A DNA stretch of 63,895 bases, the filler included, from Thraustochytrium aureum (Eukaryota), in the NCBI GenBank assembly GCA_012862495.1. It is 4 parts of 2 records of this genome, joined end to end, with 100 filler letters (N's around TTAATTAATTAA, not from the genome) between each part and the next. Parts side by side here need not be neighbours in the genome. Positions count along the whole stretch, not along the records: positions 45,316 to 59,970 come from BLSG01000316.1; positions 60,071 to 63,895 come from BLSG01000323.1; 2 more parts are not named here. One strand, 5' to 3'. This document shows, piece after piece, positions 58,423 through 63,895 of this stretch. The stretch's first letter is position 1; each line of letters opens with the position of its first letter. Both the position numbers and the translations under genes were made by a program. The notes below the pieces were generated by a model, which was not told the origin of the DNA, searched no databases, and was given only the letters and a program-made list of their open reading frames with translations.

Positions 58423-59970
58423 ACTGTCCAAGACGCAGGCTCGCGCTGCTGCCACGTGCTGGGCCCGAGCGAGCGGGTGTTGCAGCTCTGTGCTGAGCTA
58501 GCCGCTGCTCTACCTCTCCGCAAGCGATGTGGTTGGCTGCAGCGCTTTTGGCGAGGTTGCGCGGGCTTTTGCGTTGTGTGCTTGACGCGTCAACTCAACC
58601 AGCTCCGACACCAAGCAAAGTGCGCGGAAGGTCTCTGTGGTTGACCGACCCTACGACACTTTAATAAGGAGAAGGGCCGAAGGGCCGGCCCCTCCCTATT
58701 TTTTTAAATGACGCCAGCGTCTGGCGTCTCGAGCTGACCCCGAATCGCTCACTCTGCCCAACTGGAATAGGAGGCANNNNNNNNNNNNNNNNNNNNNNNN
58801 NNNNNNNNNNNNNNNNNNNNNNNNNNNNNNNNNNNNNNNNNNNNNNNNNNNNNNNNNNNNNNNNNNNNNNNNNNNNNNNNNNNNNNNNNNNNNNNNNNNN
58901 NNNNNNNNNNNNNNNNNNNNNNNNNNNNNNNNNNNNNNNNNNNNNNNNNNNNNNNNNNNNNNNNNNNNNNNNNNNNAGGCATCTGCTGTTGTCGCTCTTG
59001 TAGACTACTGGATGGCTGAGAGAGAAGGAGGTGCTTACTAGAACGCTCTCCGCTCCTCCAGGCATTGATCGATGCCAAGGCGTCGTGTGAAACGGTCACA
59101 TGGTTGACAGCGTGTGATTGACCCTCTCGCACCAGAGGCTCGTTCCATTCACGAACATCGATCAGTTCAGCTCGTTTCGCTCAGCAGGTGAGCTCTGTGT
59201 CGCCTTGCGGAAGCCGTTGACGCGCCCCTCCTTCCTTCCTGCCAAGTCGAAAGCCCCGCTGCCTCGGGACGAAGTCAACCGCAACGCGCGTGACTAGGCG
59301 GCCGGCAGATAGGAGGGACGGGGCGGCGGCCTGGCGTTCGGTCGGCGCCCGAAGAGCTTAAAAGACGTGCGCGAACCGTCCTCGTCGTTCTGGACGCCAT
59401 GCCAGCAGCTGGTGGATGAGTCGGTCAAGCTGCACCCGTCAGCCTCCGCAAGCTGATCCAGTAAACGTTGGGCGGGAGCCTCAAGAGCGAGCGTCGACGG
59501 TGTGAGCGACTGCGAGGGTGTCAAACCTGAGCCCGCACGATCGGGCCCCGAAAAGATAGTAAGTATAAAGCAATCACCCAACACCAAATACCAGAGTGAT
59601 CATCATCACCCCGGCCCGAACAATTCCCCTGACTAACATCTGAACTGCAAACTTGAAGATGCAGAGGCGGAGGAGACTTGTGGAGTCCGGTCTGCTTCTG
59701 CGATGAAGGTCCGCGAGTTGGGCGGTGGCTTGCGTTTCTGCAAGGTGCGCCGCATTGTTGTCGTCGACAGCGAACATGTGCGCTCCTTAGCACGGATACT
59801 TTCCGGCCTACATTGTATCCACGGCGCATTGCCTGCCAGTGGTTGGCTTTATGCCGAAAGCACACCTACCCACAGCTGCCGAGGCGAGCCGGCGAGAAGC
59901 TGCATGTTTGCTATTGGACGGGCACGCTTGTCATGTTCGCGACAAGGTCGCCTTGGCCGATTTGCACCAC

Positions 59971-60070
59971 NNNNNNNNNNNNNNNNNNNNNNNNNNNNNN
60001 NNNNNNNNNNNNNNTTAATTAATTAANNNNNNNNNNNNNNNNNNNNNNNNNNNNNNNNNNNNNNNNNNNN
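59971..60070. other. Artificial assembly linker (N44-TTAATTAATTAA-N44)
   Basis: Same six-frame stop linker, 12-mer at 60015-60026. Confidence 0.95.
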
Positions 60071-63000
60071 ATGGGGCTTCGCTGCGTGCGCTCGAATGGA
60101 GCGTTCCGACAGAGCCCGTGCGCACTGCACCTGGGCCTGCCCCGGCTGGCTCAAGTCTACAGGCGTTGACAAGCGCCGCTTCGCTTGGTGAGTTCGAGCT
60201 TCAAGCAAATAAGGTTGTCCTCGAGGCGGGGCAGGGGGCGGTCGCGGCAGCCCAGAGCGATCCGCTGTACGTATTCGGCATTGGCACTGGCGGATCCGGC
60301 CACAGCCCTCACGGCGGGAACGGGATGGTTGTCATCCGGGCGCTCTCCTCGGTCTCGGAGCTGAAGACATGGAGCGCATTCCCGTCGGTGTTCCACTACA
60401 AGGGCCACGCCGAGGTGTTTGAGATCCCCTCGGACCCGGACATCGACATGCTGCAGGTCCAAGCATGGGGGGCTGGCGGCGCTGGGTACGCCGGATCTAG
60501 CCATGGCAACGGTGGTGCAGGGGCGTATGCGCAAGCTGTCGTGCACGTTTGGGACAAGTCGTCGTGGGCCAGCGAGCGGCGCCGTTCGCGGCGCCGAACG
60601 CTCACGGTCCGCGTTGGCGGGGCGGGCGCGCGAGCGACGCAGCGACGGGCGGACGAGGCGGCTATGGCGGCGGCGGGGACGGCGGTTCTGGAGCCGTCAT
60701 TGGTGGCGGCGGGGGCGGCGGCGCCTCGTGGGTCCAGATGTCGAGCCGGAGCGGTGACGAGTCTCAAATTATCGTGCTTGCCGCTGGTGGCGGTGGCGCA
60801 GGCGCCGCTGACTATTGTTGCTCGCACGGGGGCCCAGGAGGCACTGGTGCGCAAGGAGGTAGCGGGCTTGCCCCTGACGGTGCAGAAGCAGTTGGCGTGC
60901 CCGGAGCGCCCGCCTCCACTGGCGAAACGCTCGCAGACCACCGGAACATGGACCTTGGCTTCGCTCCTCTTGCAGACTTTTCTGGGCTTGCCAAGGCCGG
61001 CGGCGGCGCGACCCTGGAGCGCGGTGGCCTCGCAGGAAGTGATGGCACGTACCAAGCTGGCGAAGTCCTCGACGCATTGGGCGCCACGGGCGGCCTTGCG
61101 CTCAAGGGCGGCAAAGGAGGCAGCGGCCTCGAGGGCGGGGGCGGGGCGGCGGCGGGTTTTTCGGGGGCGGAGGTGGCGGCGCCGGCATCGACGGGGCTGG
61201 CGGCGGGGGAGGCGTCTCGTTTGTGGATGCCGAGTCTTTGTTTACCTTCATGTCTGGCGACGGTCTCTCGGCGCCCCCACGCGCCCCCCGGCCAGCCGCG
61301 CCACGGCTTGTCCGTGTTGAGCCCCGCCGTGTCGAACTAACGTGGGCCTCTGCTCCTGGGACCGCATACGTGCTGGAAGTTGCACGCAACGCGGGAGACG
61401 AAGACTTTGCGCCGCTCTCTGTGGCGCCAACGCTGCGCCCAGGGGGGAGGGAAGCGCTGTAGACGAGGACGTCGAGCCAGGCCACTCGTACAGGTATCGC
61501 GTGCGCGCGCTTTCTCGCACTCTTGGTCGGGATGACAAGAGCGAGGTACTTACGGTGACAACGCCGTTGCAGAGGGCCACGGCCTGGTCGCTCGTCGAGC
61601 CCGTCCCCGCGCTAGCGTCGCTCTTTGCAGGGGAAAGTGACCGTGCGTTCTCGAATGCAACACAGGTCAGCGACTTTCTAAAGTCGACGCTGCAGCTGCA
61701 GTACGAAGACGAGTATTCTGGATCGGAGGGCTGGAAAGGGAGCAAAGCATGGGGCTGGAAACCCTCGCCGCGGTTCGGCCACTCCTCGACGTACATGGAC
61801 GGCCTCCTCTACGTGTTTGGAGGATTCGCCGAAGGCGAGTCGTGCGAGCGCGGCGCTGGAACGGGGTCGGCGAATGCCGGCGTTGACGCGGAGGAGCGAA
61901 CTGTGCGGTGCAGACGTGGGCATGGCTATACCGACGAGACGTGGCGGTTCGACCCGGCTCTGCAAATGTGGTTCCCTATCAGCAAGGCAGGGGCGGCACC
62001 TGGGCCTCGGGCCTTTCACACCGCTACCGCATTGAGCGGGAAGATCGTTGTCTTTGGCGGGATGAGGCTGGTTGAGCGCGACGCACCGGCCAGTACGCTG
62101 GGCAACCCGAACTCTGACCTCCATATCGAGCGCGACCCGACGTCAGGGCGCATCTCGTCGTTCTCAACGGGTGACACGGGCAGCACCAGCACGGCGAGGC
62201 AAGACCGCCTCACTGAGGTTTTCAACGACCTCTGGGAGCTGGAACCCGTGCGACCGGTGCGATTCTCGTTCGAGGGTTTCGCAAGTGCAAACACAAGCGG
62301 CGCGGTCGAAGGCGACAGTGTTTTGATGGAGGCTGCATTTGCAGGAAGTGACCCGACGCACGCCGTGTCGTTCGACGTGCTGGATGCTGAGCTGTGCGTG
62401 ACAGGCGAGGCAGTTGTGCGGATCGAGCTCGAGCACCCCTGTCCAAACGAGCTCCAGGTGTGGCTCATGGGCCCCGGCGAGGCGGCGAGCAATCGCGAAG
62501 GCGATCTCGGAGCGCTCTTGATGGATTCGCAGAGCTCAGATCTTCGCGTCTGCCTAGACGGTGGGCCCGCCGAGTGGCGACACACAATCGAGCTTCGCGA
62601 CAGCGCCCAGCGGACTCTGCAAGAGGGGTACGTTTTCACCAGCGGGGCGTTTCGGCCGGCCACTGCCCTGTCGCGATACAATGGCATGCGCGTCCTGGAC
62701 AAGCTCGCGCCGTGGCGCCTGCGCGTCGCCGACGTGGCCATAAACGGCTCGCAAGAGGGCTCCGTCGTGTCCTGGTCGATCCAGTTTGATGCAATCCCGT
62801 GTGGTAGCTCGCCGCAGTGGCGCGAATTAACGGCAGCCACAAGCGGCGCAGCACCAGCAGCGCGCCATAGCCACGGGGCCATCCCGATCGGCAAGGAGGC
62901 TGTGCTGGTTTTCGGGGGTGTTTCGCCTTCTTTGGGGCCGCTGCAGGACGCGTGGATCTACAACCGATCAGCGAACTCGTGGACTGAGCTCGACGGAGGT

Positions 63001-63432
63001 CTGTCGGGGCAGGCCCCGGGCCCGATGGTGCCCTTCGGCTCGCGCGCAGCGAGCATTGTCCTGGGACGCACCGGACTCTTGCGCGTCGACTGGGAGGCTT
63101 CTGCAGTTGCAATTTTTGACTTTGTGCTGCGGCAGTGGGTCCTGCTTGGTGGTACTCCTCCCCAAGTGGGAGGTCCGGCGCGGCGATTCAATGGTGCCGC
63201 GTCGTACGCTGCGTCACGCTCGAGCCTGTTTCTGTTCGGGGGGCAGGCTGTTTCGGGCCCTCTCGGCGACATGTGGGAGGTTCGCATTTCCTCTGAGGAG
63301 GCCTCAGGCTTCAGTCATCGCGCGAGCGAGCTTTGTTTTGGTGCTGGCAACTCGACAGGCCGCCCCTTGGCGTCGACGCCCATGTCAATTGTGGTACTTG
63401 CTGAGTGGTGCGCGTTGGCGAGGGGCTGGTGA
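60071..63432 (+). CDS. Glycine-rich domain - FN3 - kelch propeller with an inserted proprotein-convertase P-like domain (5' partial; frameshifts near 60620, 61145, 61445)
   Basis: VQAWGAGGAG...LTVRVGG, IVLAAGGGGAG; FN3 VELTW...AYVLEV...VEPGHSYRYRVRA; kelch PSPRFGHS..LYVFGG, PGPRAFHTA..VVFGG, PAARHSHGA..LVFGG, LFLFGG; P-like ELEHPCPNELQVWL.GP...WRLRVAD...GSVVSWSIQF. Confidence 0.7.
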
Positions 63433-63602
63433 TTGTCAGTTGTATGCTTTTGGGGGCGCTGCCAGGGGAAGCGCGTCGCTATCCCTGCAACACAAGGATC
63501 TCATGCTGCGGGCGACGGCCTTGGAGCAAAAGTACACTTTTTAAAAAGGGTAGAGTACAGAGCTTCCATTTCCCCAAGAATAAGCAACCTTTGGAGCGCG
63601 CC

Positions 63603-63895
63603 TCAAGGCCCCGCGTGTCGTGCCGCGCCCGTGACGCGCAAGAGGTCGGGGACATCCACGCCGGCGCCCGCCAAGCGCCCTTGCGCCCACTGCGCCTCTT
63701 GAAGCAAGCGAATGAGCCGCGGGCGCGGGGCGCGGCCTTGGTGCTCAAGAATGACCCCATTCAACAGGCGCGCCGTCTCGCGCACGTGAGCCTCGTCGAC
63801 AAGGTGCGCTAGCGGCGAGCTGGCTACGTCATCAAAGAGCAGAAGCGAGAGCGCCTGCTCCAGCTCAGCGCGCAGCGCAGCGTCCCGCTCGGCCA
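63603..63895 (-). CDS. GID8: GID8/TWA1 CTLH-complex subunit, C-terminal CRA domain (5' end beyond the window)
   Basis: LRAELEQALSLLLFDDVASSPLAHLVD...TARLLNGVILEHQG...PRLIRLLQEAQWAQGRL...VP resembles the GID8 C-terminus. Confidence 0.75.
   Translation of the reverse strand, partial: AERDAALRAELEQALSLLLFDDVASSPLAHLVDEAHVRETARLLNGVILEHQGRAPRPRLIRLLQEAQWAQGRLAGAGVDVPDLLRVTGAARHAGP

Noticed and set aside
13394..63432. Many single-base frameshifts in long genes (ATM, SH3, GH-like, coiled-coil/LRR, glycine-rich/kelch) as programmed frameshifting, RNA editing or pseudogenisation
   Set aside because: Most that I resolved are repaired by changing a homopolymer by one base (G5 at 16714, G4 at 60619 and 61144, G6 at 61442, C near 49362), with catalytic motifs intact. 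This fits pyrosequencing-type error. Independent reads would settle it.

Overview
GC-rich, gene-dense, intron-poor eukaryotic nuclear DNA from a draft assembly. There are many N gaps and three artificial 100-bp linkers (N44-TTAATTAATTAA-N44), so adjacency across those linkers is not evidence of synteny. Gene content and style suggest a heterotrophic stramenopile such as a thraustochytrid; this is inference from the HGGG zinc fingers, PT-repeat surface proteins and GCAG/GCAC microsatellites. About 25 genes are recognisable: a secreted FG-GAP-like propeller, a CoA-binding/MetY fusion, bL31m, NAA60, a tail-less CAAX myosin, a TPK-type K+ channel, an AIG2/GGCT protein, ATM, a pyroglutamyl peptidase-UBA-PTH2 fusion, an Hv1 proton channel, PIG-O, a DUF296 protein, two divergent CUB/beta-helix paralogs (one with long EYES repeats), an SH3-MIT-MIT protein, an RluA pseudouridine synthase (one clear intron), a membrane-anchored glycoside-hydrolase-like protein, a tandem duplicated type II membrane gene pair, a coiled-coil/LRR protein, MBD4, an HGGG zinc finger, a Cys-rich multipass membrane protein, a glycine-rich/FN3/kelch/P-domain protein and GID8. 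Several long genes carry single-base frameshifts, mostly at homopolymer runs, most likely sequencing errors. No CRISPR array, rRNA, tRNA or transposon was seen. The most notable items are the prenylation-motif myosin, the two enzyme fusions and the EYES/CUB surface-protein pair. All calls come from motif recognition by eye; no database searches were run.
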